From the NCBI GenBank assembly GCA_964057225.1, contig OZ059896.1, forward strand, positions 19,778,001-19,842,000: a stretch of 64,000 nt of DNA, given 5' to 3'. Made by a program: the position numbers and the translations under genes. Under the pieces are notes generated by a model. It made no database searches and had not been told where the DNA came from. It saw only the letters and a list, made by a program, of their open reading frames with translations. Source of the stretch: Auanema rhodensis. Lineage: Eukaryota; Animalia; Nematoda. This document shows, piece after piece, positions 21,901-37,800 of the stretch (the first letter of the stretch is position 1; the number at the start of each line of letters is the position of its first letter).

Positions 21901-24900
21901 AAAATTAGTTATGATCGTTTGAAAAATGATGCATTAGTGTATGTTGAGTTTCCATGTACACTCAACATTGCTTCCAAAAACATTTTGACAAAAATTTTTT
22001 CGAAAAATTTCAAAATAATTTAGCAAAAAGTAGATGTTTTTAGATTCCTTTTTTCAAGGCAAAGACGATGGACAATGTTATTCAACGAAAAAATTAATTC
22101 TTCAGGGTGAAAATCGAGGATATAAGTGTGAACTTATATCAGTTGATATCTCGGTGCATTTTTAAGCTAGCGCAAATCTCATAACACAGATCGACGCAGC
22201 TTAAAAATCCGCATCGAATGCACTATACTACATTGAGAAACGCTTAATACAAAAATTAGTTATGATCGTTTGAAAAATGATGCATTAGTGTATGTTGAGT
22301 TTCCATGTACACTCAGCATTGCTTCCAAAAACATTTTGACAAAAATTTTTTCGAAAAATTTCAAAATAATTTAGCAAAAAGTAGATGTTTTTAGATTCCT
22401 TTTTTCAAGGCAAAGACAATGGACATTGTTATTCAACGAAAAAATTAATTCTTCAGGGTGAAAATCGAGGATATAAGTGTGAACTTATATCAGTTGATAT
22501 ATCGGTGCATTTTTAAGCTAGCGCAAATCTGATAACACAGATCGACGCAGCTTAAAAATCCGCATCGAATGCACTATACTACATTGAGAAACGCTTAATA
22601 CAAAAATTAGTTATGATCGTTTGAAAAATGATGCATTAGTGTATGTTGAGTTTCCATGTACACTCAACATTGCTTTCAAAAACATTTTGACAAAAATTTT
22701 TTCGAAAAATTTCTAAATAATTTAGCAAAAAGTAGATGTTTTTAGATTCCTTTTTTCAAGGCAAAGACGATGGACAATGTTATTCAACGAAAAAATTAAT
22801 TCTTCAGGGTGAAAATCGAGGATATAAGTGTGAACTTATATCAGTTGATATCTCGGTGCATTTTTAAGCTAGCGCAAATCTCATAACACAGATCGACGCA
22901 GCTTAAAAATCCGCATCGAATGCACTATACTACATTGAGAAACGCTTAATACAAAAATTAGTTATGATCGTTTTAAAAATGATGCATTAGTGTATGTTGA
23001 GTTTCCATGTACACTCAACATTGCTTCCAAAAACATTTTGACAAAAATTTTTTCGAAAAATTTCAAAATAATTTAGCAAAAAGTAGATGTTTTTAGATTC
23101 CTTTTTTCAAGGCAAAGACGATGGACAATGTTATTCAACGAAAAAATTAATTCTTCAGGGTGAAAATCGAGGATATAAGTGTGAACTTATATCAGTTGAT
23201 ATCTCGGTGCATTTTTAAGCTAGCGCAAATCTCATAACACAGAGCGACGCAGCTTAAAAATCCGCATCGAATGCACTATACTACATTGAGAAACGCTTAA
23301 TACAAAAATTAGTTATGATCGTTTGAAAAATGATGCATTAGTGTATGTTGAGTTTCCATGTACACTCAGCATTGCTTCCAAAAACATTTTGACAAAAATT
23401 TTTTCGAAAAATTTCTAAATAATTTAGCAAAAAGTAGATGTTTTTAGATTCCTTTTTTCAAGGCAAAGACGATGGACAATGTTATTCAACGAAAAAATTA
23501 ATTCTTCAGGGTGAAAATCGAGGATATAAGTGTGAACTTATATCAGTTGATATCTCGGTGCATTTTTAAGCTAGCGCAAATCTCATAACACAGATCGACG
23601 CAGCTTAAAAATCCGCATCGAATGCACTATACTACATTGAGAAACGCTTAATACAAAAATTAGTTATGATCGTTTGAAAAATGATGCATTAGTGTATGTT
23701 GAGTTTCCATGTACACTCAGCATTGCTTCCAAAAACATTTTGACAAAAATTTTTTCGAAAAATTTCTAAATAATTTAGCAAAAAGTAGATGTTTTTAGAT
23801 TCCTTTTTTCAAGGCAAAGACGATGGACATTGTTATTCAACGAAAAAATTAATTCTTCAGGGTGAAAATCGAGGATATAAGTGTGAACTTATATCAGTTG
23901 ATATATCGGTGCATTTTTAAGCTAGCGGAAATCTGATAACACAGATCGACGCAGCTTAAAAATCCGCATCGAATGCACTATACTACATTGAGAAACGCTT
24001 AATACAAAAATTAGTTATGATCGTTTGAAAAATGATGCATTAGTGTATGTTGAGTTTCCATGTACACTCAACATTGCTTCCAAAAACATTTTGACAAAAA
24101 TTTTTTCGAAAAATTTCAAAATAATTTAGCAAAAAGTAGATGTTGTTAGATTCCTTTTTTCAAGGCAAAGACGATGGACAATGTTATTCAACGAAAAAAT
24201 TAATTCTTCAGGGTGAAAATCGAGGATATAAGTGTGAACTTATATCAGTTGATATCTCGGTGCATTTTTAAGCTAGCGCAAATCTGATAACACAGATCGA
24301 CGCAGCTTAAAAATCCGCATCGAATGCACTACACTACATTGAGAAACGCTTAATACAAAAATTAGTTATGATCGTTTGAAAAATGATGCATTAGTGTATG
24401 TTGAGTTTCCATGTACACTCAACATTGCTTCCAAAAACATTTTGACAAAAATTTTTTCGAAAAATTTCAAAATAATTTAGCAAAAAGTAGATGTTTTTAG
24501 ATTCCTTTTTTCAAGGCAAAGACGATGGACATTGTTATTCAACGAAAAAATTAATTCTTCATTGTGAAAATCGAGGATATAAGTGTGAACTTATATCAGT
24601 TGATATCTCGGTGCATTTTTAAGCTAGCGCAAATCTCATAACACAGATCGACGCAGCTTAAAAATCCGCATCGAATGCACTATACTACATTGAGAAACGC
24701 TTAATACAAAAATTAGTTATGATCGTTTTAAAAATGATGCATTAGTGTATGTTGAGTTTCCATGTACACTCAACATTGCTTCCAAAAACATTTTGACAAA
24801 AATTTTTTCGAAAAATTTCAAAATAATTTAGCAAAAAGTAGATGTTTTTAGATTCCTTTTTTCAAGGCAAAGACGATGGACAATGTTATTCAACGAAAAA

Positions 24901-26223
24901 ATTAATTCTTCAGGGTGAAAATCGAGGATATAAGTGTGAACTTATATCAGTTGATATCTCGGTGCATTTTTAAGCTAGCGCAAATCTCATAACACAGATC
25001 GACGCAGCTTAAAAATCCGCATCGAATGCACTATACTACATTGAGAAACGCTTAATACAAAAATTAGTTATGATCGTTTGAAAAATGATGCATTAGTGTA
25101 TGTTGAGTTTCCATGTACACTCAGCATTGCTTCCAAAAACATTTTGACAAAAATTTTTTCGAAAAATTTTAAAATAATTTAGCAAAAAGTAGATGTTTTT
25201 AGATTCCTTTTTTCAAGGCAAAGACGATGGACAATGTTATTCAACGAAAAAATTAATTCTTCAGGGTGAAAATCGAGGATATAAGTGTGAACTTATATCA
25301 GTTGATATCTCGGTGCATTTTTAAGCTAGCGCAAATCTCATAACACAGATCGACGCAGCTTAAAAATCCGCATCGAATGCACTATACTACATTGAGAAAC
25401 GCTTAATACAAAAATTAGTTATGATCGTTTGAAAAATGATGCATTAGTGTATGTTGAGTTTCCATGTACACTCAGCATTGCTTCCAAAAACATTTTGACA
25501 AAAATTTTTTCGAAAAATTTCTAAATAATTTAGCAAAAAGTAGATGTTTTTAGATTCCTTTTTTCAAGGCAAAGACGATGGACATTGTTATTCAACGAAA
25601 AAATTAATTCTTCAGGGTGAAAATCGAGGATATAAGTGTGAACTTATATCAGTTGATATATCGGTGCATTTTTAAGCTAGCGCAAATCTGATAACACAGA
25701 TCGACGCAGCTTAAAAATCCGCATCGAATGCACTATACTACATTGAGAAACGCTTAATACAAAAATTAGTTATGATCGTTTGAAAAATGATGCATTAGTG
25801 TATGTTGAGTTTCCATGTACACTCAACATTGCTTCCAAAAACATTTTGACAAAAATTTTTTCGAAAAATTTCAAAATAATTTAGCAAAAAGTAGATGTTG
25901 TTAGATTCCTTTTTTCAAGGCAAAGACGATGGACAATGTTATTCAACGAAAAAATTAATTCTTCAGGGTGAAAATCGAGGATATAAGTGTGAACTTATAT
26001 CAGTTGATATCTCGGTGCATTTTTAAGCTAGCGCAAATCTGATAACACAGATCGACGCAGCTTAAAAATCCGCATCGAATGCACTACACTACATTGAGAA
26101 ACGCTTAATACAAAAATTAGTTATGATCGTTTGAAAAATGATGCATTAGTGTATGTTGAGTTTCCATGTACACTCAACATTGCTTCCAAAAACATTTTGA
26201 CAAAAATTTTTTCGAAAAATTTC

Positions 26224-29200
26224 TAAATAATTTAGCAAAAAGTAGATGTTTTTAGATTCCTTTTTTCAAGGCAAAGACGATGGACATTGTTATTCAACGA
26301 AAAAATTAATTCTTCATTGTGAAAATCGAGGATATAAGTGTGAACTTATATCAGTTGATATCTCGGTGCATTTTTAAGCTAGCGCAAATCTCATAACACA
26401 GATCGACGCAGCTTAAAAATCCGCATCGAATGCACTATACTACATTGAGAAACGCTTAATACAAAAATTAGTTATGATCGTTTTAAAAATGATGCATTAG
26501 TGTATGTTGAGTTTCCATGTACACTCAACATTGCTTCCAAAAACATTTTGACAAAAATTTTTTCGAAAAATTTCAAAATAATTTAGCAAAAAGTAGATGT
26601 TTTTAGATTCCTTTTTTCAAGGCAAAGACGATGGACAATGTTATTCAACGAAAAAATTAATTCTTCAGGGTGAAAATCGAGGATATAAGTGTGAACTTAT
26701 ATCAGTTGATATCTCGGTGCATTTTTAAGCTAGCGCAAATCTCATAACACAGATCGACGCAGCTTAAAAATCCGCATCGAATGCACTATACTACATTGAG
26801 AAACGCTTAATACAAAAATTAGTTATGATCGTTTGAAAAATGATGCATTAGTGTATGTTGAGTTTCCATGTACACTCAGCATTGCTTCCAAAAACATTTT
26901 GACAAAAATTTTTTCGAAAAATTTTAAAATAATTTAGCAGAAAGTAGATGTTTTTAGATTCCTTTTTTCAAGGCAAAGACGATGGACAATGTTATTCAAC
27001 GAAAAAATTAATTCTTCAGGGTGAAAATCGAGGATATAAGTGTGAACTTATATCAGTTGATATCTCGGTGCATTTTTAAGCTAGCGCAAATCTCATAACA
27101 CAGATCGACGCAGCTTAAAAATCCGCATCGAATGCACTATACTACATTGAGAAACGCTTAATACAAAAATTAGTTATGATCGTTTGAAAAATGATGCATT
27201 AGTGTATGTTGAGTTTCCATGTACACTCAGCATTGCTTCCAAAAACATTTTGACAAAAATTTTTTCGAAAAATTTCTAAATAATTTAGCAAAAAGTAGAT
27301 GTTTTTAGATTCCTTTTTTCAAGGCAAAGACGATGGACATTGTTATTCAACGAAAAAATTAATTCTTCAGGGTGAAAATCGAGGATATAAGTGTGAACTT
27401 ATATCAGTTGATATATCGGTGCATTTTTAAGCTAGCGCAAATCTGATAACACAGATCGACGCAGCTTAAAAATCCGCATCGAATGCACTATACTACATTG
27501 AGAAACGCTTAATACAAAAATTAGTTATGATCGTTTGAAAAATGATGCATTAGTGTATGTTGAGTTTCCATGTACACTCAACATTGCTTCCAAAAACATT
27601 TTGACAAAAATTTTTTCGAAAAATTTCAAAATAATTTAGCAAAAAGTAGATGTTGTTAGATTCCTTTTTTCAAGGCAAAGACGATGGACAATGTTATTCA
27701 ACGAAAAAATTAATTCTTCAGGGTGAAAATCGAGGATATAAGTGTGAACTTATATCAGTTGATATCTCGGTGCATTTTTAAGCTAGCGCAAATCTGATAA
27801 CACAGATCGACGCAGCTTAAAAATCCGCATCGAATGCACTACACTACATTGAGAAACGCTTAATACAAAAATTAGTTATGATCGTTTGAAAAATGATGCA
27901 TTAGTGTATGTTGAGTTTCCATGTACACTCAACATTGCTTCCAAAAACATTTTGACAAAAATTTTTTCGAAAAATTTCAAAATAATTTAGCAAAAAGTAG
28001 ATGTTTTTAGATTCCTTTTTTCAAGGCAAAGACGATGGACATTGTTATTCAACGAAAAAATTAATTCTTCAGGGTGAAAATCGAGGATATAAGTGTGAAC
28101 TTATATCAGTTGATATCTCGGTGCATTTTTAAGATAGCGCAAATCTCATAACACAGATCGACGCAGCTTAAAAATCCGCATCGAATGCACTATACTACAT
28201 TGAGAAACGCTTAATACAAAAATTAGTTATGATCGTTTGAAAAATGATGCATTAGTGTTTGTTGAGTTTCCATGTACACTCAGCATTGCTTCCAAAAACA
28301 TTTTGACAAAAATTTTTTCGAAAAATTTCTAAATAATTTAGCAAAAAGTAGATGTTTTTAGATTCCTTTTTTCAAGGCAAAGACGATGGACATTGTTATT
28401 CAACGAAAAAATTAATTCTTCAGGGTGAAAATCGAGGATATAAGTGTGAACTTATATCAGTTGATATCTCGGTGCATTTTTAAGCTAGCGCAAATCTGAT
28501 AACACAGATCGACGCAGCTTAAAAATCCGCATCGAATGCACTATACTACATTGAGAAACGCTCAATACAAAAATTAGTTATGATCGTTTGAAAAATGATG
28601 CATTAGTGTATGTTGAGTTTCCATGTACATTCAACATTGCTTCCAAAAACATTTTGACAAAAATTTTTTCGAAAAATTTCAAAATAATTTAGCAAAAAGT
28701 AGATGTTTTTAGATTCCTTTTTTCAAGGCAAAGACGATGGACATTGTTATTCAACGAAAAAATTAATTCTTCAGGGTGAAAATCGAGGATATAAGTGTGA
28801 ACTTATATCAGTTGATATCTCGGTGCATTTTTAAGCTAGCGCAAATCTGATAACACAGATCGACGCAGCTTAAAAATCCGCATCGAATGCACTATACTAC
28901 ATTGAGAAACGCTTAATACAAAAATTAGTTATGATCGTTTGAAAAATGATGCATTAGTGTATGTTGAGTTTCCAAGTACATTCAACATTGCTTCCAAAAA
29001 CATTTTGACAAAAATTTTTTCGAAAAATTTCTAAATAATTTAGCAAAAAGTAGATGTTTTTAGATTCCTTTTTTCAAGGCAAAGACGATGGACATTGTTA
29101 TTCAACGAAAAAATTAATTCTTCATTGTGAAAATCGAGGATATAAGTGTGAACTTATATCAGTTGATATCTCGGTGCATTTTTAAGCTAGCGCAAATCTC

Positions 29201-31886
29201 ATAACACAGATCGACGCAGCTTAAAAATCCGCATCGAATGCACTATACTACATTGAGAAACGCTTAATACAAAAATTAGTTATGATCGTTTTAAAAATGA
29301 TGCATTAGTGTATGTTGAGTTTCCATGTACACTCAACATTGCTTCCAAAAACATTTTGACAAAAATTTTTTCGAAAAATTTCAAAATAATTTAGCAAAAA
29401 GTAGATGTTTTTAGATTCCTTTTTTCAAGGCAAAGACGATGGACAATGTTATTCAACGAAAAAATTAATTCTTCAGGGTGAAAATCGAGGATATAAGTGT
29501 GAACTTATATCAGTTGATATCTCGGTGCATTTTTAAGCTAGCGCAAATCTCATAACACAGATCGACGCAGCTTAAAAATCCGCATCGAATGCACTATACT
29601 ACATTGAGAAACGCTTAATACAAAAATTAGTTATGATCGTTTGAAAAATGATGCATTAGTGTATGTTGAGTTTCCATGTACACTCAGCATTGCTTCCAAA
29701 AACATTTTGACAAAAATTTTTTCGAAAAATTTTAAAATAATTTAGCAGAAAGTAGATGTTTTTAGATTCCTTTTTTCAAGGCAAAGACGATGGACAATGT
29801 TATTCAACGAAAAAATTAATTCTTCAGGGTGAAAATCGAGGATATAAGTGTGAACTTATATCAGTTGATATCTCGGTGCATTTTTAAGCTAGCGCAAATC
29901 TCATAACACAGATCGACGCAGCTTAAAAATCCGCATCGAATGCACTATACTACATTGAGAAACGCTTAATACAAAAATTAGTTATGATCGTTTGAAAAAT
30001 GATGCATTAGTGTATGTTGAGTTTCCATGTACACTCAGCATTGCTTCCAAAAACATTTTGACAAAAATTTTTTCGAAAAATTTCTAAATAATTTAGCAAA
30101 AAGTAGATGTTTTTAGATTCCTTTTTTCAAGGCAAAGACGATGGACATTGTTATTCAACGAAAAAATTAATTCTTCAGGGTGAAAATCGAGGATATAAGT
30201 GTGAACTTATATCAGTTGATATATCGGTGCATTTTTAAGCTAGCGCAAATCTGATAACACAGATCGACGCAGCTTAAAAATCCGCATCGAATGCACTATA
30301 CTACATTGAGAAACGCTTAATACAAAAATTAGTTATGATCGTTTGAAAAATGATGCATTAGTGTATGTTGAGTTTCCATGTACACTCAACATTGCTTCCA
30401 AAAACATTTTGACAAAAATTTTTTCGAAAAATTTCAAAATAATTTAGCAAAAAGTAGATGTTGTTAGATTCCTTTTTTCAAGGCAAAGACGATGGACAAT
30501 GTTATTCAACGAAAAAATTAATTCTTCAGGGTGAAAATCGAGGATATAAGTGTGAACTTATATCAGTTGATATCTCGGTGCATTTTTAAGCTAGCGCAAA
30601 TCTGATAACACAGATCGACGCAGCTTAAAAATCCGCATCGAATGCACTACACTACATTGAGAAACGCTTAATACAAAAATTAGTTATGATCGTTTGAAAA
30701 ATGATGCATTAGTGTATGTTGAGTTTCCATGTACACTCAACATTGCTTCCAAAAACATTTTGACAAAAATTTTTTCGAAAAATTTCAAAATAATTTAGCA
30801 AAAAGTAGATGTTTTTAGATTCCTTTTTTCAAGGCAAAGACGATGGACATTGTTATTCAACGAAAAAATTAATTCTTCAGGGTGAAAATCGAGGATATAA
30901 GTGTGAACTTATATCAGTTGATATCTCGGTGCATTTTTAAGATAGCGCAAATCTCATAACACAGATCGACGCAGCTTAAAAATCCGCATCGAATGCACTA
31001 TACTACATTGAGAAACGCTTAATACAAAAATTAGTTATGATCGTTTGAAAAATGATGCATTAGTGTTTGTTGAGTTTCCATGTACACTCAGCATTGCTTC
31101 CAAAAACATTTTGACAAAAATTTTTTCGAAAAATTTCTAAATAATTTAGCAAAAAGTAGATGTTTTTAGATTCCTTTTTTCAAGGCAAAGACGATGGACA
31201 TTGTTATTCAACGAAAAAATTAATTCTTCAGGGTGAAAATCGAGGATATAAGTGTGAACTTATATCAGTTGATATCTCGGTGCATTTTTAAGCTAGCGCA
31301 AATCTGATAACACAGATCGACGCAGCTTAAAAATCCGCATCGAATGCACTATACTACATTGAGAAACGCTCAATACAAAAATTAGTTATGATCGTTTGAA
31401 AAATGATGCATTAGTGTATGTTGAGTTTCCATGTACATTCAACATTGCTTCCAAAAACATTTTGACAAAAATTTTTTCGAAAAATTTCAAAATAATTTAG
31501 CAAAAAGTAGATGTTTTTAGATTCCTTTTTTCAAGGCAAAGACGATGGACATTGTTATTCAACGAAAAAATTAATTCTTCAGGGTGAAAATCGAGGATAT
31601 AAGTGTGAACTTATATCAGTTGATATCTCGGTGCATTTTTAAGCTAGCGCAAATCTGATAACACAGATCGACGCAGCTTAAAAATCCGCATCGAATGCAC
31701 TATACTACATTGAGAAACGCTTAATACAAAAATTAGTTATGATCGTTTGAAAAATGATGCATTAGTGTATGTTGAGTTTCCAAGTACATTCAACATTGCT
31801 TCCAAAAACATTTTGACAAAAATTTTTTCGAAAAATTTCAAAATAATTTAGCAAAAAGTAGATGTTTTTAGATTCCTTTTTTCAAG
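26224..31886. repeat. 8-monomer (2808-bp) tandem duplication within the satellite
   Basis: Private variants recur at +2808: AAGATAGC 28134/30942, GCAGAAAG 26940/29748, GTGTTTGTT 28259/31067, TCCAAGTAC 28975/31783. Confidence 0.9.
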
Positions 31887-34800
31887 GCAAAGACGATGGA
31901 CATTGTTATTCAACGAAAAAATTAATTCTTCAGGGTGAAAATCGAGGATATAAGTGTGAACTTATATCAGTTGATATCTCGGTGCATTTTTAAGCTAGCG
32001 CAAGTCTGATAACACAGATCGACGCAGCTTAAAAATCCGCATCGAATGCACTATACTACATTGAGAAACGCTTAATACAAAAATTAGTTATGATCGTTTG
32101 AAAAATGATGCATTAGTGTATGTTGAGTTTCCATGTACACTCAACATTGCTTCCAAAAACATTTTGACAAAAATTTTTTCGAAAAATTTCTAAATAATTT
32201 AGCAAAAAGTAGATGTTTTTAGATTCCTTTTTTCAAGGCAAAGACGATGGACAATGTTATTCAACGAAAAAATTAATTCTTCAGGGTGAAAATCGAGGAT
32301 ATAAGTGTGAACTTATATCAGTTGATATCTCGGTGCATTTTTAAGCTAGCGCAAATCTGATAACACAGATCGACGCAGCTTAAAAATCCGCATCGAATGC
32401 ACTACACTACATTGAGAAACGCTTAATACAAAAATTAGTTATGATCGTTTGAAAAATGATGCATTAGTGTATGTTGAGTTTCCATGTACACTCAACATTG
32501 CTTCCAAAAACATTTTGACAAAAATTTTTTCGAAAAATTTCAAAATAATTTAGCAAAAAGTAGATGTTTTTAGATTCCTTTTTTCAAGGCAAAGACGATG
32601 GACATTGTTATTCAACGAAAAAATTAATTCTTCATTGTGAAAATCGAGGATATAAGTGTGAACTTATATCAGTTGATATCTCGGTGCATTTTTAAGCTAG
32701 CGCAAATCTCATAACACAGATCGACGCAGCTTAAAAATCCGCATCGAATGCACTATACTACATTGAGAAACGCTTAATACAAAAATTAGTTATGATCGTT
32801 TTAAAAATGATGCATTAGTGTATGTTGAGTTTCCATGTACACTCAACATTGCTTCCAAAAACATTTTGACAAAAATTTTTTCGAAAAATTTCAAAATAAT
32901 TTAGCAAAAAGTAGATGTTTTTAGATTCCTTTTTTCAAGGCAAAGACGATGGACAATGTTATTCAACGAAAAAATTAATTCTTCAGGGTGAAAATCGAGG
33001 ATATAAGTGTGAACTTATATCAGTTGATATCTCGGTGCATTTTTAAGCTAGCGCAAATCTCATAACACAGATCGACGCAGCTTAAAAATCCGCATCGAAT
33101 GCACTATACTACATTGAGAAACGCTTAATACAAAAATTAGTTATGATCGTTTGAAAAATGATGCATTAGTGTATGTTGAGTTTCCATGTACACTCAGCAT
33201 TGCTTCCAAAAACATTTTGACAAAAATTTTTTCGAAAAATTTCTAAATAATTTAGCAAAAAGTAGATGTTTTTAGATTCCTTTTTTCAAGGCAAAGACGA
33301 TGGACATTGTTATTCAACGAAAAAATTAATTCTTCAGGGTGAAAATCGAGGATATAAGTGTGAACTTATATCAGTTGATATCTCGGTGCATTTTTAAGCT
33401 AGCGCAAATCTCATAACACAGATCGACGCAGCTTAAAAATCCGCATCGAATGCACTATACTACATTGAGAAACGCTCAATACAAAAATTAGTTATGATCG
33501 TTTGAAAAATGATGCATTAGTGTATGTTGAGTTTCCATGTACATTCAACATTGCTTCCAAAAACATTTTGACAAAAATTTTTTCGAAAAATTTCAAAATA
33601 ATTTAGCAAAAAGTAGATGTTTTTAGATTCCTTTTTTCAAGGCAAAGACGATGGACATTGTTATTCAACGAAAAAATTAATTCTTCAGGGTGAAAATCGA
33701 GGATATAAGTGTGAACTTATATCAGTTGATATCTCGGTGCATTTTTAAGCTAGCGCAAGTCTGATAACACAGATCGACGCAGCTTAAAAATCCGCATCGA
33801 ATGCACTATACTACATTGAGAAACGCTTAATACAAAAATTAGTTATGATCGTTTGAAAAATGATGCATTATTGTATGTTGAGTTTCCATGTACACTCAAC
33901 ATTGCTTCCAAAAACATTTTGACAAAAATTTTTTCGAAAAATTTCCAAATAATTTAGCAAAAAGTAGATGTTTTTAGATTCCTTTTTTCAAGGCAAAGAC
34001 GATGGACAATGTTATTCAACGAAAAAATTAATTCTTCAGGGTGAAAATCGAGGATATAAGTGTGAACTTATATCAGTTGATATCTCGGTGCATTTTTAAG
34101 CTAGCGCAAATCTCATAACACAGATCGACGCAGCTTAAAAATCCGCATCGAATGCACTATACTACATTGAGAAACGCTTAATACAAAAATTAGTTATGAT
34201 CGTTTGAAAAATGATGCATTAGTGTATGTTGAGTTTCCATGTACATTCAACATTGCTTCCAAAAACATTTTGACAAAAATTTTTTCGAAAAATTTCAAGA
34301 TAATTTAGCAAAAAGTAGATGTTTTTAGATTCCTTTTTTCAAGGCAAAGACGATGGACATTGTTATTCAACGAAAAAATTAATTCTTCAGGGTGAAAATC
34401 GAGGATATAAGTGTGAACTTATATCAGTTGATATCTCGGTGCATTTTTAAGCTAGCGCAAATCTCATAACACAGATCGACGCAGCTTAAAAATCCGCATC
34501 GAATGCACTATACTACATTGAGAAACGCTCAATACAAAAATTAGTTATGATCGTTTGAAAAATGATGCATTAGTGTATGTTGAGTTTCCATGTACATTCA
34601 ACATTGCTTCCAAAAACATTTTGACAAAAATTTTTTCGAAAAATTTCAAAATAATTTAGCAAAAAGTAGATGTTTTTAGATTCCTTTTTTCAAGGCAAAG
34701 ACGATGGACATTGTTATTCAACGAAAAAATTAATTCTTCAGGGTGAAAATCGAGGATATAAGTGTGAACTTATATCAGTTGATATCTCGGTGCATTTTTA

Positions 34801-37800
34801 AGCTAGCGCAAGTCTGATAACACAGATCGACGCAGCTTAAAAATCCGCATCGAATGCACTATACTACATTGAGAAACGCTTAATACAAAAATTAGTTATG
34901 ATCGTTTGAAAAATGATGCATTATTGTATGTTGAGTTTCCATGTACACTCAACATTGCTTCCAAAAACATTTTGACAAAAATTTTTTCGAAAAATTTCCA
35001 AATAATTTAGCAAAAAGTAGATGTTTTTAGATTCCTTTTTTCAAGGCAAAGACGATGGACAATGTTATTCAACGAAAAAATTAATTCTTCAGGGTGAAAA
35101 TCGAGGATATAAGTGTGAACTTATATCAGTTGATATCTCGGTGCATTTTTAAGCTAGCGCAAATCTCATAACACAGATCGACGCAGCTTAAAAATCCGCA
35201 TCGAATGCACTATACTACATTGAGAAACGCTTAATACAAAAATTAGTTATGATCGTTTGAAAAATGATGCATTAGTGTATGTTGAGTTTCCATGTACATT
35301 CAACATTGCTTCCAAAAACATTTTGACAAAAATTTTTTCGAAAAATTTCAAGATAATTTAGCAAAAAGTAGATGTTTTTAGATTCCTTTTTTCAAGGCAA
35401 AGACGATGGACATTGTTATTCAACGAAAAAATTAATTCTTCAGGGTGAAAATCGAGGATATAAGTGTGAACTTATATCAGTTGATATCTCGGTGCATTTT
35501 TAAGCTAGCGCAAATCTGATAACACAGATCGACGCAGCTTAAAAATCCGCATCGAATGCACTATACTACATTGAGAAACGCTTAATACAAAAATTAGTTA
35601 TGATCGTTTTAAAAATGATGCATTAGTGTATGTTGAGTTTCCATGTACACTCAACATTGCTTCCAAAAACATTTTGACAAAAATTTTTTCGAAAAATTTC
35701 AAAATAATTTAGCAAAAAGTAGATGTTTTTAGATTCCTTTTTTCAAGGCAAAGACGATGGACAATGTTATTCAACGAAAAAATTAATTCTTCAGGGTGAA
35801 AATCGAGGATATAAGTGTGAACTTATATCAGTTGATATATCGGTGCATTTTTAAGCTAGCGCAAATCTGATAACACAGATCGACGCAGCTTAAAAATCCG
35901 CATCGAATGCACTATACTACATTGAGAAACGCTTAATACAAAAATTAGTTATGATCGTTTGAAAAATGATGCATTAGTGTATGTTGAGTTTCCATGTACA
36001 CTCAACATTGCTTCCAAAAACATTTTGACAAAAATTTTTTCGAAAAATTTCAAAATAATTTAGCAAAAAGTAGATGTTGTTAGATTCCTTTTTTCAAGGC
36101 AAAGACGATGGACAATGTTATTCAACGAAAAAATTAATTCTTCAGGGTGAAAATCGAGGATATAAGTGTGAACTTATATCAGTTGATATCTCGGTGCATT
36201 TTTAAGCTAGCGCAAATCTGATAACACAGATCGACGCAGCTTAAAAATCCGCATCGAATGCACTACACTACATTGAGAAACGCTTAATACAAAAATTAGT
36301 TATGATCGTTTGAAAAATGATGCATTAGTGTATGTTGAGTTTCCATGTACACTCAACATTGCTTCCAAAAACATTTTGACAAAATTTTTTTCGAAAAATT
36401 TCAAAATAATTTAGCAAAAAGTAGATGTTTTTAGATTCCTTTTTTCAAGGCAAAGACGATGGACATTGTTATTCAACGAAAAAATTAATTCTTCATTGTG
36501 AAAATCGAGGATATAAGTGTGAACTTATATCAGTTGATATCTCGGTGCATTTTTAAGCTAGCGCAAATCTCATAACACAGATCGACGCAGCTTAAAAATC
36601 CGCATCGAATGCACTATACTACATTGAGAAACGCTTAATACAAAAATTAGTTATGATCGTTTGAAAAATGATGCATTAGTGTATGTTGAGTTTCCATGTA
36701 CACTCAACATTGCTTCCAAAAACATTTTGACAAAATTTTTTTCGAAAAATTTCAAAATAATTTAGCAAAAAGTAGATGTTTTTAGATTCCTTTTTTCAAG
36801 GCAAAGACGATGGACATTGTTATTCAACGAAAAAATTAATTCTTCATTGTGAAAATCGAGGATATAAGTGTGAACTTATATCAGTTGATATCTCGGTGCA
36901 TTTTTAAGCTAGCGCAAATCTCATAACACAGATCGACGCAGCTTAAAAATCCGCATCGAATGCACTATACTACATTGAGAAACGCTTAATACAAAAATTA
37001 GTTATGATCGTTTGAAAAATGATGCATTAGTGTATGTTGAGTTTCCATGTACACTCAACATTGCTTCCAAAAACATTTTGACAAAAATTTTTTCGAAAAA
37101 TTTCAAAATAATTTAGCAAAAAGTAGATGTTTTTAGATTCCTTTTTTCAAGGCAAAGACGATGGACAATGTTATTCAACGAAAAAATTAATTCTTCAGGG
37201 TGAAAATCGAGGATATAAGTGTGAACTTATATCAGTTGATATATCGGTGCATTTTTAAGCTAGCGCAAATCTGATAACACAGATCGACGCAGCTTAAAAA
37301 TCCGCATCGAATGCACTATACTACATTGAGAAACGCTTAATACAAAAATTAGTTATGATCGTTTGAAAAATGATGCATTAGTGTATGTTGAGTTTCCATG
37401 TACACTCAACATTGCTTCCAAAAACATTTTGACAAAAATTTTTTCGAAAAATTTCAAAATAATTTAGCAAAAAGTAGATGTTGTTAGATTCCTTTTTTCA
37501 AGGCAAAGACGATGGACAATGTTATTCAACGAAAAAATTAATTCTTCAGGGTGAAAATCGAGGATATAAGTGTGAACTTATATCAGTTGATATCTCGGTG
37601 CATTTTTAAGCTAGCGCAAATCTGATAACACAGATCGACGCAGCTTAAAAATCCGCATCGAATGCACTACACTACATTGAGAAACGCTTAATACAAAAAT
37701 TAGTTATGATCGTTTGAAAAATGATGCATTAGTGTATGTTGAGTTTCCATGTACACTCAACATTGCTTCCAAAAACATTTTGACAAAAATTTTTTCGAAA